From: Sporopachydermia quercuum
Lineage: Eukaryota
Assembly (NCBI GenBank): GCA_001599295.1
Contig: BCGN01000002.1
Span: 1,426,001 to 1,490,000, forward strand
Reading direction: 5' to 3'
DNA: 64,000 nt
The notes beneath the pieces were generated by a model. It was given only the letters and a program-made list of their open reading frames with translations. It was not told the origin of the DNA and ran no database searches. Positions within the stretch are counted from its first letter, which is position 1. Each line of letters begins with the position of its first letter. Both the position numbers and the translations under genes were made by a program. Of this stretch, positions 11,282 to 23,837 are shown in pieces.

Positions 11282-11876
11282 TCATTTTTTCCTACTGGCA
11301 GTTTTCATTGATCTTGATGGACTATTATTTCTACTCGGTGTCGCTGTTGTATTCCCTACAATTCTTTTCTTTGCAGGTGAAGCTGAGACTGCCTTTCTTG
11401 TCTCTGATTCTGTTGTCGTGGTGATTCTCAAAGGTGGCTATCTAATGGTTAGTACCAGGTTCACCAGTATAAGTGCATTAATACTGTTATGCAAAGCTGT
11501 TTCCATAGCTGCCTATTCATACATAATTAATACTTACTCGAATTGGGGAGCAGATTCTGCTACCTGGTGGGATTCTTGTAGGTGATTTTTCTCCAGTTAG
11601 CTGATTAGCATATTTGATTGTTCGTACAGTTAATATTCTATCGTCTTCATTGATCAAAACATTTTCTAGATCTTTCATCTTCACATTAAGTAGTCCCTTG
11701 GGTATTCTATTCTTTCTTGCTTTCAACTTCTTCACCAACATCTCAGTCATCAACTTTGATTCTTTTGTCAAACAGGTTATCCTTGTGTCCACCTCATTTT
11801 TAAACTGTCTTAACGCTTGCTCTTTGAACGAATCCTTATGTAGCTGTAAGCTCTTGGAAGTATGTTGGACTTCCAT
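11282..11876 (-). CDS. NBL1: Borealin/Nbl1 chromosomal passenger complex subunit; exons 11876-11538 and 11437-11282 (164 aa)
   Basis: Borealin-N-like helix LRQFKNEVDTRI...RKNRIPKGLLNVKMKDL. GTAAGT donor at 11537, then TACTAAC...TAG acceptor. Exon 2 gives an SP/TP-rich basic tail. Divergent from RPN10 as in S. cerevisiae. Confidence 0.75.
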
Positions 11877-12846
11877 TGTATGAATGACTATCAATGGATG
11901 GTGTTGAGTAGGTAGTATGGTCGAGATCAAGGCATACAATATATACTAATCACTCACAATTGTATAGATCATAATAGAATTTTGGAAGCTTTATGGCTAT
12001 AAAATTCAATTAAAGTCAACCTATCCTTTCTCTCTAACGAACAATAACGTTGTTTCTTGATCATCATTTTCTCCTTTGATTGTCATGTCATGTCATTTGC
12101 GCTTAGTTGTTTTCATATTTCCTGAATGAGACGTGTGGGATGAGATGTGATGTAGTTTGAACATGTGAAAATGAATGTATGGGTTATTGGACTTTCCTGA
12201 AATGAGATGCGAAGTCAAAGAAGATAAGAGTAAGGGTAAGAGTCACTAGGCCAGTCGACGGAAGGTGAAAATGCATGGTTGAGATGCCGCATTCCTGGTT
12301 GAATCTATTGAGTACTTATACAAGCAATTTACCAAAAGTTTTACTCTGATTCTTTTCTTCTTAATCGAAAGTATTTTAGTTGAATTATTGTAAAACCTGA
12401 GTTGTAACACTAAGCAACCTTTGCGTGCTGTTCATCTATTCATTATTGATTACACTATCAACAAGCGTAAGTGTCTGTTAACAGGGTAATTTGGACTAAT
12501 GAAGAGGACTGAAAAGTGAAGGTATGGTACTGTATGCTGATGCGCCACTACAAGAGACAGTTATCAATGAGTACCATTTACTAGCAATTGTTAGCCCGGA
12601 AGAACAACAAAGAAAAACAATCAGCCGGAGANTTGTTGCAGTTGATTGTCAAAGTATCAAGAAGTCACATTAGTGGAGACATAGGCAGGTTGGATAGGTT
12701 TATATCGCAATTGATAACTGGTTTATTTCATACCCAGGAGTAAGATCAACATTACAGTATTGAACATACTATATGATTTATATGAATTAGATATATTTAC
12801 TATATTGAAGTTATTCAAGAAAATCGAATATTAGTGATTTATCAAG

Positions 12847-13913
12847 ATGGTTTTGGAAGCTACTATGATTGTGTATGTGAATAATTAAGGAGGGGTTAGC
12901 ATGATTGAGATGGCCAGTATAGATTGATGGACATGCTGGTAAATAGTGAAATACTGGCATCAACTGGGTTTTGAGGTGACTCATGAGTATTCTTATTTAC
13001 TAACTAACATGAAATAATAGACTTGACAACTCAGAGTACATGAGAAATGGGGACTATTTAAATACGCGGTATGAAGCACAATTAGATGCGGTAGAAGTTA
13101 TATTCAATGCAAAGACTCTATCAAATCCAGAGAATACTGTTGGTGTTATGTCAATGGCAGGTGCTGGACCACAGGTGTTATCAACACTCACTTCTGACCA
13201 TGGAAGAATTTTAAGTGGTTTACACGAAACATCAATTGAAGGTAAAATTCATTTAACTACTGGTATTCAAGTTGCTGGGGTATGTTTTGTTTGCTATTTT
13301 ATGAACATTGATGGGAGATGAATTCCTTGATAAAGGAGTAGTTATCTTATAATTGGACGTCTGGATTACTAACGCAGCTGTTTCTCATTAGTTGGCATTA
13401 AAACATAGACAGAATAAGGTGCAGAACCAGAGAATAATTGTATTTGTAGGAAGTCCAATTGAAGAGAATGATAAGGACTTAGANAGATTAGCTAAAAAGA
13501 TGAAGAAGAACAATGTGGCGATTGATTTTATTAGTTTTGGAGAAGTTGAAGAAAACGCCGACAAGTTATCAAAATTCATAAACGTTGTTAATAGTAGAGA
13601 TAATAGTCATCTAGTGACAGTACCAGTTGGTCCTCAGCTGTTATATGAAGCTGTGAGTCAATCACCAATTATTAGAGAAGAAGGTGCTGAAGGTATGAGT
13701 GGAATGGGTGGCGAAGGAGATTTATTCGAATTTGGTGCTGATCCTAATTTAGATCCCGAACTTGCACTTGCTTTAAGATTATCATTAGAAGAAGAGAAGG
13801 CAAGACAAGCAAAACTGAACGAACAGCAAAAAGGCGAAAATTTAGAGAAAATTGATGAGGAAGGAACATCTGGTGATAAGATTGAAGACTCAAAGCCAAG
13901 TGAGGAGAAATAA
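12847..13913 (+). CDS. RPN10: 26S proteasome regulatory subunit Rpn10; exons 12847-12872, 13021-13279, 13392-13913 (268 aa)
   Basis: Spliced product starts [21 protein letters not shown]. vWA domain plus [18 protein letters not shown]. Both introns are GTATGT...TACTAAC...TAG. Confidence 0.96.
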
Positions 13914-14284
13914 ACTTGTTACTGATATCAAATAATGCTTTTTCTTCCTTTGCACACAGCCTGCATGATTAATAAGATATTCATTTCAAATACTCTGATA
14001 ACTCTGATTGGAAATTAGGTGCTGGTAGTCCTGAGTAATAATCACATCCTAGTGAATTTCGTTTCTACGTCGCAAATCAGATGTATAAGAACCATTGGAA
14101 TTTATGTAAATCTAAAGCTTCCAGTTTTAAATATCAACTGATATTTTTAAGGCTCATCCTATCGTCATTTACTGTTTAATCATTCAATCATCATCAATAT
14201 CATACATCTCAATCCTTCCATTTTTATTCAAGTATCCGTAATAGAATCTTTTATGTCGTACCCAATCATTAATTCACTGTTTTG

Positions 14285-14996
14285 TCATATATTAGGGTTG
14301 TTGCTTTGCTTTGAATCATTACTTGATGAGTTTTGATTAGTTTCTTCTTCAACTTCAATCATGGGAACTACAAGCCCCGGTGGAACATCGATCCCATGGT
14401 CTTCCAGTGTTTTTACAATTGTTGAATTCTCATTCACAAGGTCGTTCAAATAACTTATTGCTGTTCACATTAGTTAGTATTTAGCTTCGTCCACCGGGGA
14501 ATTATATCTATCTGGAACTTTCACTAAAAAAAAATTCTGCAACATTATGCAAAGCGATAGATTTTCATCACCACATTTCCCTATAGCATCAGCCGAGCTG
14601 AAGATACTTACTCTTTCTTAAGACTGCAATCTCGCTTCTTCCTTCTTTCTCAGTCAATTTTGGAACAACATTCACTATTCTTTGAAATGCTTCTCTTATT
14701 GCTTGCCGTCTTTTCTGTTCTGACGCTATGTGATTTGCCTATGAATAAGCTCATCGTTAATACGGCATTCACTACTTTCATCAAAAAAAAAAAAAAAAAA
14801 AAAAAAATTCAACAACCTTCCGTAGTGAAACATAACAAGTAATACTCACTTTTTTCTCTTCCTCTGTTAGAAGATCAGTATTCGAATTTCTATTATTGGT
14901 TTTTTCCTTCCTTTTTGAAAGTTCTTCTTCGTTATTACTTTTATTCTCCATCTTCGGAGAGGTCCCATTCATATCTGCCTCATGTCCTTCGGTCAT
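14285..14996 (-). CDS. INO4: bHLH transcription factor, Ino4/Yas2-like; exons 14996-14850, 14738-14612, 14460-14285 (149 aa)
   Basis: Spliced product contains LLTEEEKKANHIASEQKRRQAIREAFQRIVNVVP...RSEIAVLRKTISYLNDL. Introns are GTGAGT..TATTAAC..TAG and GTAAGT..TACTAAC..CAG. Symbol is assigned from family resemblance only. Confidence 0.8.
14783..14807. repeat. Poly(A)25 tract (poly-U in intron 1 of the bHLH gene)
   Basis: 25 consecutive A on the + strand. Confidence 0.95.
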
Positions 14997-15699
14997 TCAT
15001 AAACTGACAATGCCTTACTTGCTTATAAATATCACTATCCTATATTTTTGGTCTTACTTTGTATGAACATTAATTACATTTCATTCCCATTCTGTGTTCT
15101 ACTCATCTCATAAAGTAAGCTGCTCAAAATTCCTGATTCGATCAATTCTTCTCACAACCAACCCCGTAAATTTAGTACATGAATGTTCTCAAGAATTGTT
15201 GAAATAGTTGCGCCTGTTCAATTGATGGGAAATAAGAGAAATAAAATGCACTGCTGCTAGCTAAGTTTGCTTATGCTTTGTCATATGAAAGTTGGGATTC
15301 TTAGACCGTACATTTTTAGTGTGATTAAAGAAGGGTCTGTTTAGAATGAAGTAATAGAAAACACCCTTAAAATATGCATGATATATGCAAAGAATATGCA
15401 ATGTTTGCAAACGTAAGATTCAGGTTATTAATTTTCTTCGAAATGCATATTATTGCAGGAGTGTACACAACTTTAGTAAATCAATCAGTACATGGTTATC
15501 ATGATACTTGAACAGAGAGATAGTAGCTTCAATTCACTAAAATCAGCGAAATTTACACACTACAGCTAATTACAATAATATACAATGCAAGAAATAATAT
15601 TTTACAGAAATGTCTTAATTATGTATATTATAGACAAATATTTGATGCAATAAAGATGATAATTCGGTGATTTAGTCAGATGATTAACGTATCAACGCA

Positions 15700-18600
15700 T
15701 TAACGTAAAGATTGAATGAAATTATCAAGATTATACTCATCGGTATACTGAGATTCGTCCCATAGATCATTTAATTCACCCATTGCACTGGCAGCTTTAC
15801 CACCTAGGGCCTTAGCAACAGAGTCACTAGCATCATCTTCATCCTTATTATTTGACTCATTATCTAACTCAGCAACTTGCTCATTTGCTTCTGATGAGAC
15901 ATTAAACAAATCTAACAGCTGATCAGTATCCATAGAAGCCAATCCAGCATTCTGTTGATTCACAATAGTAGAAGCAATATTGATCTTGAACTTTTGAAGG
16001 CCCATGATTTTTTCCTCTAACGTACCCTTTGTAATCAATCTATAAACATTCACCACTTTCTTTTGACCAATACGATGTGCTCTATCCATGGCTTGTAGAT
16101 CATTCATTGGATTCCAATCATGTTCTACAAATATAACTGTATCCGCGCCAGTAAGATTCAAGCCTAATCCACCGACTTTAGTTGTTAACAATAACACATC
16201 AATAGAAGGATCAGAGTTGAAATTAGTAACAATTCCTTGTCTATCACGTGGATCGGTGCTACCATCTAATCTCATGTAAGTGACAGAAGGCATTAGCTTC
16301 TTGAATAAGTCATTCTCAATCATATCGAGCATATCCTTCAATTGACAAAAAATTAATGCTCTGTGTTGACTTATAACTTCGTTTGAATTAATGATTTGAT
16401 TATCGCTTTCCTTACTTTCAGTGGTACCAATACCACATTCAAGTAGTAAGGTTCTCAATGCCTGAAGCTTGGGTGCATGACGTACATCTCGTAACTCTTG
16501 TTTAGAGCTTTTCATATAGTCCATAATCTCTTCATAGCGAGGATGCTTTGGTGTCACAACTAATGCCGGATGGTTGCACAGTTTCCTCATATATTGTAGA
16601 GCTTGGAATACATGTTGTTTACCTTCTTTTTTGCCTTCTATCAGTTCGTTCTCAACAGCCCCTTTCTGCTTCTGGGCGAAATCAGAGTAAAGTTTTTTCT
16701 GAAGATCACTGAGCTCGCAATAATAATCTTGTATAATCTTTGGCGGTAAATCGGACAACACATCTTCCTTTAGTCTTCTCAGCATGAAAGGTAAAACTTG
16801 TTTATGTAAAGCTTCTAAAGCAAGTGCACCAGCTTCTTGTTCCTTTGATGAAGTTTTAGAATTACGACTAGCAGCAATTGGTTTAGCAAACTTCTCTTGA
16901 AACAAGCTCTCACTTCCTAAAAATCCTGGCATTAGGAAATCAAACAGGGACCAAAGCTCGACAACATTATTTTGAATTGGTGTACCAGTAAGAATTAGTC
17001 GATGTTCAGCTGATATTCTTTTAACTGATTTTGTTAGTTTAGATGAAGCGTTCTTGATAATGTGACCCTCATCAAGAACACAGTAATTATAATCTTGTGC
17101 AGATATTATTTCAACATCATTCCGTGAAATATCATAGGATGTAACAACGATATCATAGTCATTGAAAGTGCCTCTTAATGCTGAACGGGCACTAGGATTA
17201 CCAACATAAGCCAATACTTTTAAGAATGGGGCATAATTATGTAATTCTTGTTCCCAATGCCCTGTTAAAGTGGAAGGACATATCACCAGTGATGGTAATC
17301 TTCTTGTTTCCAGTGATTTAGTTTCTTTGTGCTCTTTAGCCCTCAGATAATGATCACTTGATATTATACATATAGTTTGTAGAGTTTTACCCAATCCCAT
17401 ATCATCACATAAAATGCCGTGTAGATGATACTTATTAAGAAAAGCTAACCAGTTTACACCTTCTTGTTGATACTTTCTTAAATCTGCTTTGATAGCAACC
17501 GGTAAAGTAAAAGGTTTGACTTTCGACACGTCCATCATTTGAGAGATGAATTCTCGCTCTCTGTCTCTTCCCTCCAGTAAATTAGGTGGCATATCTTCAG
17601 GGTCAGGAATACCTGATTCAAGAGGTACCAGTTTGATCAAAGATGCAAAAGTTGTTGTAGCTAGTATTCTCACGTCATTATCAGAATCACTCATTCTACC
17701 TAATACTGGTACAATTAAAAACACCACATAAGGTAAGATATCTGAGCCCATTGTCGATGCCAAATGATAAACACATTCAATTGCACCCTGTCTGTGGGTA
17801 AGTGAAGAAGGATTGGATATGGAAGGTAGCACGTTTTCAACAACTAGAGCAATAGCTGGTGATCTAAGTACACTACACATAGTAGCAATACATTTAGCTG
17901 CTGAATATCGAAATACCGAATATTGAGAAAACAACGCCGATAGAATGGATGGGAATTGATCAGTCACATATTTATGTAAATTTGAATTCCAACGGGGTAA
18001 CAATGCTCTTATTATTCCCATAGCATCAATAATCTCTTGACCTTTCTTGACATTACTAGCCAGTTCCTTAGATAATTCCGGTGTAAGATCTTTCAACTGT
18101 TTCAGAGGTTCCATCACATGATCTCTGAATTTAGGCAGCTTATCAAATAGGTAATCACCAAATTCATCGGAAATCTTTTCTAGTGCAAGTTTCGAACCTC
18201 TGCGTTTGATCCTAGCAGCTGCCACTTGTTTTTCATGTTGAATGATATCCAATGGATCAGTTTTAGCCTCNTCTTTTCTCAAGGAAAGAATAATATTAGT
18301 ATACTCTTTATTTGGCTCAAACTCTGGGACTTCAGAAGTATCCACGCATACAAATGCTGCTAGATTCTTAACCATTTTTTCAGCGGCTCCTTGTTTGCCC
18401 ATTTCAACAAAGGTTTTAACCATGTAAGATACAGTAACAACCGATCGTTTCTGAAGAATCTCATACTCTTCCAATTTTATACTTTCCATCAAGCTTCTTA
18501 TAACGGGATTCAACTTAGCTGGTATACCGCTAACCATAACATAAGCACTTGCAGTGGCAGATAATATACCAATATTTCTAGCATTCTGAGAATCTTGGGC

Positions 18601-21600
18601 ATCTTCGATAGCTGTCAAAACTCTGTTTCTACTTTCTTCGAAGGCTTGGGCTCCCGACATACGATATATAGTAGGTATAGAGTTTTTCAGCTTTTCGAAC
18701 GTTTCATTGGCAACTCTTATCCCTTGATCGATAGAGAAGGCTCCAGGACCTGCTTCGACTTCTCCTTGAACCACGATTGCTAGTTGGGGCAATTTGTATT
18801 GAGAGATCTTGCCAACTTCAACAAAAGTGTTGAACAATGATTGGCATTGAGTTCGTAATGCACGTAAGAAGGGAACCAGCTCCTTATAGGGAGGAAGGTT
18901 CTTTTCGGGATTTGCTAGTAAATCAGCCATCTTTGGAAGAAATTTATCGACAACAGCTCTATTCGCAGGTTTATTGATTTGCTTCAGATTCTTTCCATAT
19001 TCCTCAATAATTATAGCCGCAACTAGCTTTCCAGTAGCAAATTGTCCACTATATTGCTTATACAGACGGTCAACCACTTGATTGAAAATAGGATCTGGTG
19101 AAACATTGCCGGAACCATCTACAGATTGGTCACGCCAAAGAGCCAGGATTTTCCCAATAACTTCACAAGCAGCCACTTTAGTTCTCAAGAATACTTCAAT
19201 GCCAACTAATGTTAAATCACCCATTATCATTGGGCCATCAATATTAACCCGTTCTTCTGGTACATGAATATCGGAGGTTTCTTTGGCTGATAAGCTCTTC
19301 TTTCGTTTCTTTCCTGTTTCACTATTACCATTGAAAACACCATTATCATTGAATTTATCACTATACAAATTACCAGAAGGACGTAATAACAAGCTTGGTT
19401 TCATACGGTAACAATGTCTTGCAACACCGATTGGTGTTAGAACAAGAGTCAGCACTGATATCAAATGTGAGGAGAATAGATCGTTTAGGTTCCATTTTTC
19501 AGGGTTTGATTCAATAGCTTTCACCATTTTGATTATCAACTCTTTTGACATATCAAGTACTTGTTCATTCTGCTCAACAAGCAAGTTTTGAAATACAAGC
19601 CTCATACTTTTCCCATCGATCCAGTCCTTAATTCCACTGGCTCTAGAGGCTGAATCATCAGCATCAAGGAATCCAATTAAAGCTCTCAAAACAGCTTTAC
19701 GAACATTTAGGATAGAATGGCGAAGGAAGGGATAAAGTTTGGGTACCAAATTAGCAAAACTATTTTCTGGATTTTCTATAGCATCAAGTTCCATTTGATG
19801 TAAGACCTGAGGATGGGCACATAATTTGGCCAGTAGATCCATGATATTCCCAATGCTAGCACTTAAATCATCACGTAAATCGGATAAACAAGCCCATAGA
19901 GTATTAACAATACGAGGAACTGTATGTGGTCTTAATTCAACTATCTCATTAGCAATAGGAATTAAAGTGGCTGCACCCATTGCTTGAACATCATCGTCAG
20001 CTTCTTGCAGCCCGTGTAAAACCATGGAAATAGTACCATCCAATATATCTGTGTTGGAAAATAAAACATCATTTCTCACACTAACTAAGTATCTGAGCCC
20101 TAGCATACCACCGTGACAAGCTTCCCAAACAGGGAAAGGTAGGTCTAGATTGTCTTGAACAACCAATTGCTGTAATACATGAAAGATTTTCACAATTGTA
20201 TCCTTTTCTAAGTGAATCAGTAAAGCACCTAGTGTTTGACCTGATGATTCACGTACAGGTGCAACCACTTGATCTGATACATAATCACCAAATCTATCTA
20301 ATGCAAATAAGGAGCAAATTCTGCATGCTAAATCTTCTAGTTGTAATTTATTTGCTTGATTATTCTCTTCTCTTNATTTACCTTTGATTCTACTTGCTCC
20401 AGCTCCTTGATATCGTATAATCTCTCTTAAACCAATAGCAGCACCATGTCTTACTTCCCATGCATTGTCGAATAAATCAACCAGTAGCAATTCATAGATA
20501 CCTTGGTAAGGCCAAATTACACCCATAATTTTATTGTTTAAAGAGATTAATTGGGAGATCTCTGACACTTTATGCTCCACCACTATTTTATTGGAGTCTG
20601 CTTGCTCAGTGACAGTCATTTCTGAATGGCTTCCACTGGAAGATGACGAAACATCTTTACCGCTAAGCTGACCTTGTTCTTCTAACCTCACAGAAACCGA
20701 AGATTGCGAAATGTCTACAGCTTTCAATTTGTGAGGTTGACTTTTTAAACCAGCTTTAGCTCTTCTTCTTGCCATTGCCCTTAATCTGGCACTCGACGCA
20801 GTAGATTTTTCTGAGGATGCTGACTTATCATTTCCTTCGAGTTTTTGATATTCTTCCTTTGAAATAGTTTGGTTGAAAGATGATGTACTAGGAACAGGGC
20901 TGTTGTGAGATGTGTTGTTACCGCTGTTACTGTTCGACACGTCGCCTTCATTAATTAGTTCATCACCAACAGGTAAAAACTCACTTGCTAATCCTAGCCG
21001 AGCATTCAGAGAATTTCTTTGTCTTTTTAATCGCTCTCTAGGATCAAGTGAATTCAAATCCAAGTCATACTCAGATCCTCCACTGGAAACTAGCTTTTTA
21101 CCATTCTTCATGATTTCTGCTATATCAAATGATTTGAATGCTAAAAGTATGTCTTCCTCCGGCTCTAACATAGCTAGCATACTTTTCCTATCAGCTTCTT
21201 CTTCTTTCACAAAGAACTGGTTAGGTTTTTCCTCATCTTTCATGGTACTGTTCAACCCATTATATGTTGGTTCTACTTTAACTAATTCTCCATTATTACC
21301 TTTACTTGGATACTCTTCTTCAATTTTCGGTTTGACATCGCCGTGATTGGCNTCCTCATCCTCCTCAGCATTGGGATCCCATTTCCTACCATGAGACACT
21401 ATCCCACCAACAGCACGAGCAGCTGCAATACGAGTTTCCCATTTCTTTGATCTCAGAAATGGATATATTCTACTTAATAAATTCAGATTCTCTTCCGGAT
21501 GAGCTTTTGCTAAATCTGCAAGTTGATCTGCTGCTGTGAAACGAATGAACTGAGTTGATCCTGTTTCCAGGAGAATCACCAACCGGTCCAACCGTGACAT
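15700..21600 (-). CDS. MOT1: TBP-associated Swi2/Snf2 ATPase Mot1
   Basis: 1966 aa. N-terminus MSRLDRLVILLETGST, HEAT-repeat region, and helicase motifs ILCDDMGLGKTLQ, LDEGH and QAMDRAHRIGQ. Confidence 0.98.
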   Translation of the reverse strand: MSRLDRLVILLETGSTQFIRFTAADQLADLAKAHPEENLNLLSRIYPFLRSKKWETRIAAARAVGGIVSHGRKWDPNAEEDEXANHGDVKPKIEEEYPSKGNNGELVKVEPTYNGLNSTMKDEEKPNQFFVKEEEADRKSMLAMLEPEEDILLAFKSFDIAEIMKNGKKLVSSGGSEYDLDLNSLDPRERLKRQRNSLNARLGLASEFLPVGDELINEGDVSNSNSGNNTSHNSPVPSTSSFNQTISKEEYQKLEGNDKSASSEKSTASSARLRAMARRRAKAGLKSQPHKLKAVDISQSSVSVRLEEQGQLSGKDVSSSSSGSHSEMTVTEQADSNKIVVEHKVSEISQLISLNNKIMGVIWPYQGIYELLLVDLFDNAWEVRHGAAIGLREIIRYQGAGASRIKGKXREENNQANKLQLEDLACRICSLFALDRFGDYVSDQVVAPVRESSGQTLGALLIHLEKDTIVKIFHVLQQLVVQDNLDLPFPVWEACHGGMLGLRYLVSVRNDVLFSNTDILDGTISMVLHGLQEADDDVQAMGAATLIPIANEIVELRPHTVPRIVNTLWACLSDLRDDLSASIGNIMDLLAKLCAHPQVLHQMELDAIENPENSFANLVPKLYPFLRHSILNVRKAVLRALIGFLDADDSASRASGIKDWIDGKSMRLVFQNLLVEQNEQVLDMSKELIIKMVKAIESNPEKWNLNDLFSSHLISVLTLVLTPIGVARHCYRMKPSLLLRPSGNLYSDKFNDNGVFNGNSETGKKRKKSLSAKETSDIHVPEERVNIDGPMIMGDLTLVGIEVFLRTKVAACEVIGKILALWRDQSVDGSGNVSPDPIFNQVVDRLYKQYSGQFATGKLVAAIIIEEYGKNLKQINKPANRAVVDKFLPKMADLLANPEKNLPPYKELVPFLRALRTQCQSLFNTFVEVGKISQYKLPQLAIVVQGEVEAGPGAFSIDQGIRVANETFEKLKNSIPTIYRMSGAQAFEESRNRVLTAIEDAQDSQNARNIGILSATASAYVMVSGIPAKLNPVIRSLMESIKLEEYEILQKRSVVTVSYMVKTFVEMGKQGAAEKMVKNLAAFVCVDTSEVPEFEPNKEYTNIILSLRKXEAKTDPLDIIQHEKQVAAARIKRRGSKLALEKISDEFGDYLFDKLPKFRDHVMEPLKQLKDLTPELSKELASNVKKGQEIIDAMGIIRALLPRWNSNLHKYVTDQFPSILSALFSQYSVFRYSAAKCIATMCSVLRSPAIALVVENVLPSISNPSSLTHRQGAIECVYHLASTMGSDILPYVVFLIVPVLGRMSDSDNDVRILATTTFASLIKLVPLESGIPDPEDMPPNLLEGRDREREFISQMMDVSKVKPFTLPVAIKADLRKYQQEGVNWLAFLNKYHLHGILCDDMGLGKTLQTICIISSDHYLRAKEHKETKSLETRRLPSLVICPSTLTGHWEQELHNYAPFLKVLAYVGNPSARSALRGTFNDYDIVVTSYDISRNDVEIISAQDYNYCVLDEGHIIKNASSKLTKSVKRISAEHRLILTGTPIQNNVVELWSLFDFLMPGFLGSESLFQEKFAKPIAASRNSKTSSKEQEAGALALEALHKQVLPFMLRRLKEDVLSDLPPKIIQDYYCELSDLQKKLYSDFAQKQKGAVENELIEGKKEGKQHVFQALQYMRKLCNHPALVVTPKHPRYEEIMDYMKSSKQELRDVRHAPKLQALRTLLLECGIGTTESKESDNQIINSNEVISQHRALIFCQLKDMLDMIENDLFKKLMPSVTYMRLDGSTDPRDRQGIVTNFNSDPSIDVLLLTTKVGGLGLNLTGADTVIFVEHDWNPMNDLQAMDRAHRIGQKKVVNVYRLITKGTLEEKIMGLQKFKINIASTIVNQQNAGLASMDTDQLLDLFNVSSEANEQVAELDNESNNKDEDDASDSVAKALGGKAASAMGELNDLWDESQYTDEYNLDNFIQSLR

Positions 21601-23499
21601 TCTCTATTGAAAGACCTTATGTAGCTTCAGGCTTAGTTTGAATTTTNTCATTTGCTGGTAAACCGTTCATATCAAGTCAAGCACGCAAAATTCACAGAAC
21701 TCTCAATCAACAAACAAATTGATAAGCAATCAACTCATTTAACACAGATTTCTGTCGAGACTCAATTGCAACTTGATGAAAATCGATAATCACAACAGGC
21801 GGAACTAAGGCAGGAGTCTACCTGTTCTTCCCGATATCTGTTGATAATCAGAAGTCTAGTCTTGGGAGAGGTGCCTGCTTCTTTGATTCACTATCAGCAA
21901 AAAGTTACAATAGCTTTTTAGTATCCGATTGCACGCGTTTGATTATTTGTTCACGTGATACGTTAAACCTTGAAACTATTTGTAAGACCCTTTTTGCCTA
22001 CACTNTGGATCTCTTTCTTATTAACAGAAATATGTGATGAGAGTTCAACTATCAACCAACAGTTCAAAGATTAATNGAGTGCTACCTGAGGTATTGAATG
22101 AAAAGAGGATTAGAAATTAGAATATTGTACAGTTTTTCAAGTGAGAATAATCGTTTTGATTTTCTCTTAAAGAAAAGTAGTTTTATTGATACAAATTAAC
22201 TACCAATAACTGCTAATCGATTACCAATATCTTTATCAAGTGAACTCCAGATCTCACTCCAGTTATTACAAATTCGATTGTTCTTGTTCTTCCACTAAAA
22301 AATGTGACTTAAAATTGAATTTTAGAAGAAATTCCCAGGACTTTTATATCTTTTGGTTATTCGTATTGATTAACCATAGTTAAAAACCTTGTTTCTCATC
22401 TTGTCAATGAGGATCAAAGTATTTAAGGAATAAAGTTCCCATTTTATTGTCAAGTGGAAAAAAATGTTGCGTACGGAGTTTGAAGGGTCTGTAAATGAGA
22501 ATCAGATGGTATGCTGACGTGCTCATGTAGTGAAGTGTATAGGACGTAGCTCTGAAACAGAAATGTTCAGGGAGTTAACTTGATTCTACATAAGAGAATT
22601 AGCTGTAAATCAAGATTTGAAATGTGTTGTTTTCGAAAGAAAGGATATGTAGATAAAGAATGTGATTGCGCAGCATTATGAGCAGCGAAAGTGCGGATAG
22701 TCAGAGAANCCAGTAAGGGTCTTAGGCAACCAAAGCGACCCTGGATAAGAAGTACTGAAATAGGTTGAGACGTAACATTCTTAAGGATTTGTTGACGACT
22801 AGAGGTGAGAGCAAGCTAGCAAAAAGAATAAAATGTGAATGAGATAATAAAAATGGAATTTTATCTATGGCAAGTTTTTATAGCAGAAATAGATACAAAA
22901 CATGGAGAACAAACAGTCCCATCTAGATGGATTGATCCTCCGAAGGAGGAATCTTTTATAGTTCCGTTCAGTTCAGACCTTTGGGATAGAACCGGAGAGT
23001 CGGAAAAATCAGATGAGATGATTTGACAGTCCGTTGTAGTTCGAATGTGTTAAGAACTATCAAAATACAAGAGAATGATGCTTCATTTCGAATTTACGTT
23101 TTGCGGCGAGCATTCCAATGACTTTTTTTTTGTGAGAATTTNTAGAAATTTTATTCTTTTCTTTCTCTTTTTTCTCTGCAGTATTGGCGTTTTAACGTCT
23201 CTTTTTATTGTCATTGTCGATAATTGAGACATCACAAAAGTTTGAAATGAAGTGTGTAAGTATAAAGCTGTTACTCCGTTACCTATAGACTTTGTAGAGT
23301 GCAAAGTTCATCGTAAATATAATAGAATTGCCTTTGCTATAATATATCGAGTTTCATATTCCTTGCTCCCGCAATGAATGATAGCCAGAATTAATAATGA
23401 AGAATATTAAGATTGCAATCAATATGAACCACATTAAAGCCAAGAACAAAGAGTGTCCCAATACCGGTTAAACATCATTAAACGTATAATGTGTGATAT

Positions 23500-23520
23500 T
23501 CACGTGCCTCTTAAAGGGTC
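23500..23520 (+). promoter_or_regulatory. Cbf1 site followed by AGGGT (Tbf1-like) upstream of RPS9
   Basis: TCACGTG-cctcttaa-AGGGTC at -338 from the RPS9 ATG; same layout occurs upstream of RPL21. Confidence 0.55.
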
Positions 23521-23837
23521 AAAAATATATTGTATTGTATATTTTTCAGGTAAATACTGCGTATTTATGAGCATACATTTATCATGATTGTTCAAGAAAT
23601 TTTTTGGTAGGTCAAAAAGCTTCGCTCAATCCGTACGACGCAAGAATGAGCTGGAACAGGACTCACACAAACTCTAGCCTGGTTCTCGGTAACACATAGA
23701 AATAATATCTCAACTGACCTTCTTAGAACCTTTCACTGTTACATCACGAATCATCCGTCTTATTGTTACAATTCTTGTTATTCTTGAATATTTGTTATCA
23801 CCAGTGACGGAAATCAACAGCAGAACATATATCCAAG

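Noticed and set aside
20912..21346. Antisense and off-frame ORFs inside MOT1, MET5, APE2, IML1, RPL21, FCF2 and others
   Set aside because: Shadow ORFs of conserved genes with no independent coding signal.
22033..22089. TGTGATGA...CTGA C/D snoRNA-like pair
   Set aside because: Too short, no terminal stem and no recognisable rRNA guide.
21601..23499. Long MOT1-RPS9 intergenic region as telomerase or RNase P/MRP RNA
   Set aside because: Only isolated small hairpins and no conserved motifs recognised. The Sm-like AATTTTTTGG near 23598 lies in the RPS9 promoter.
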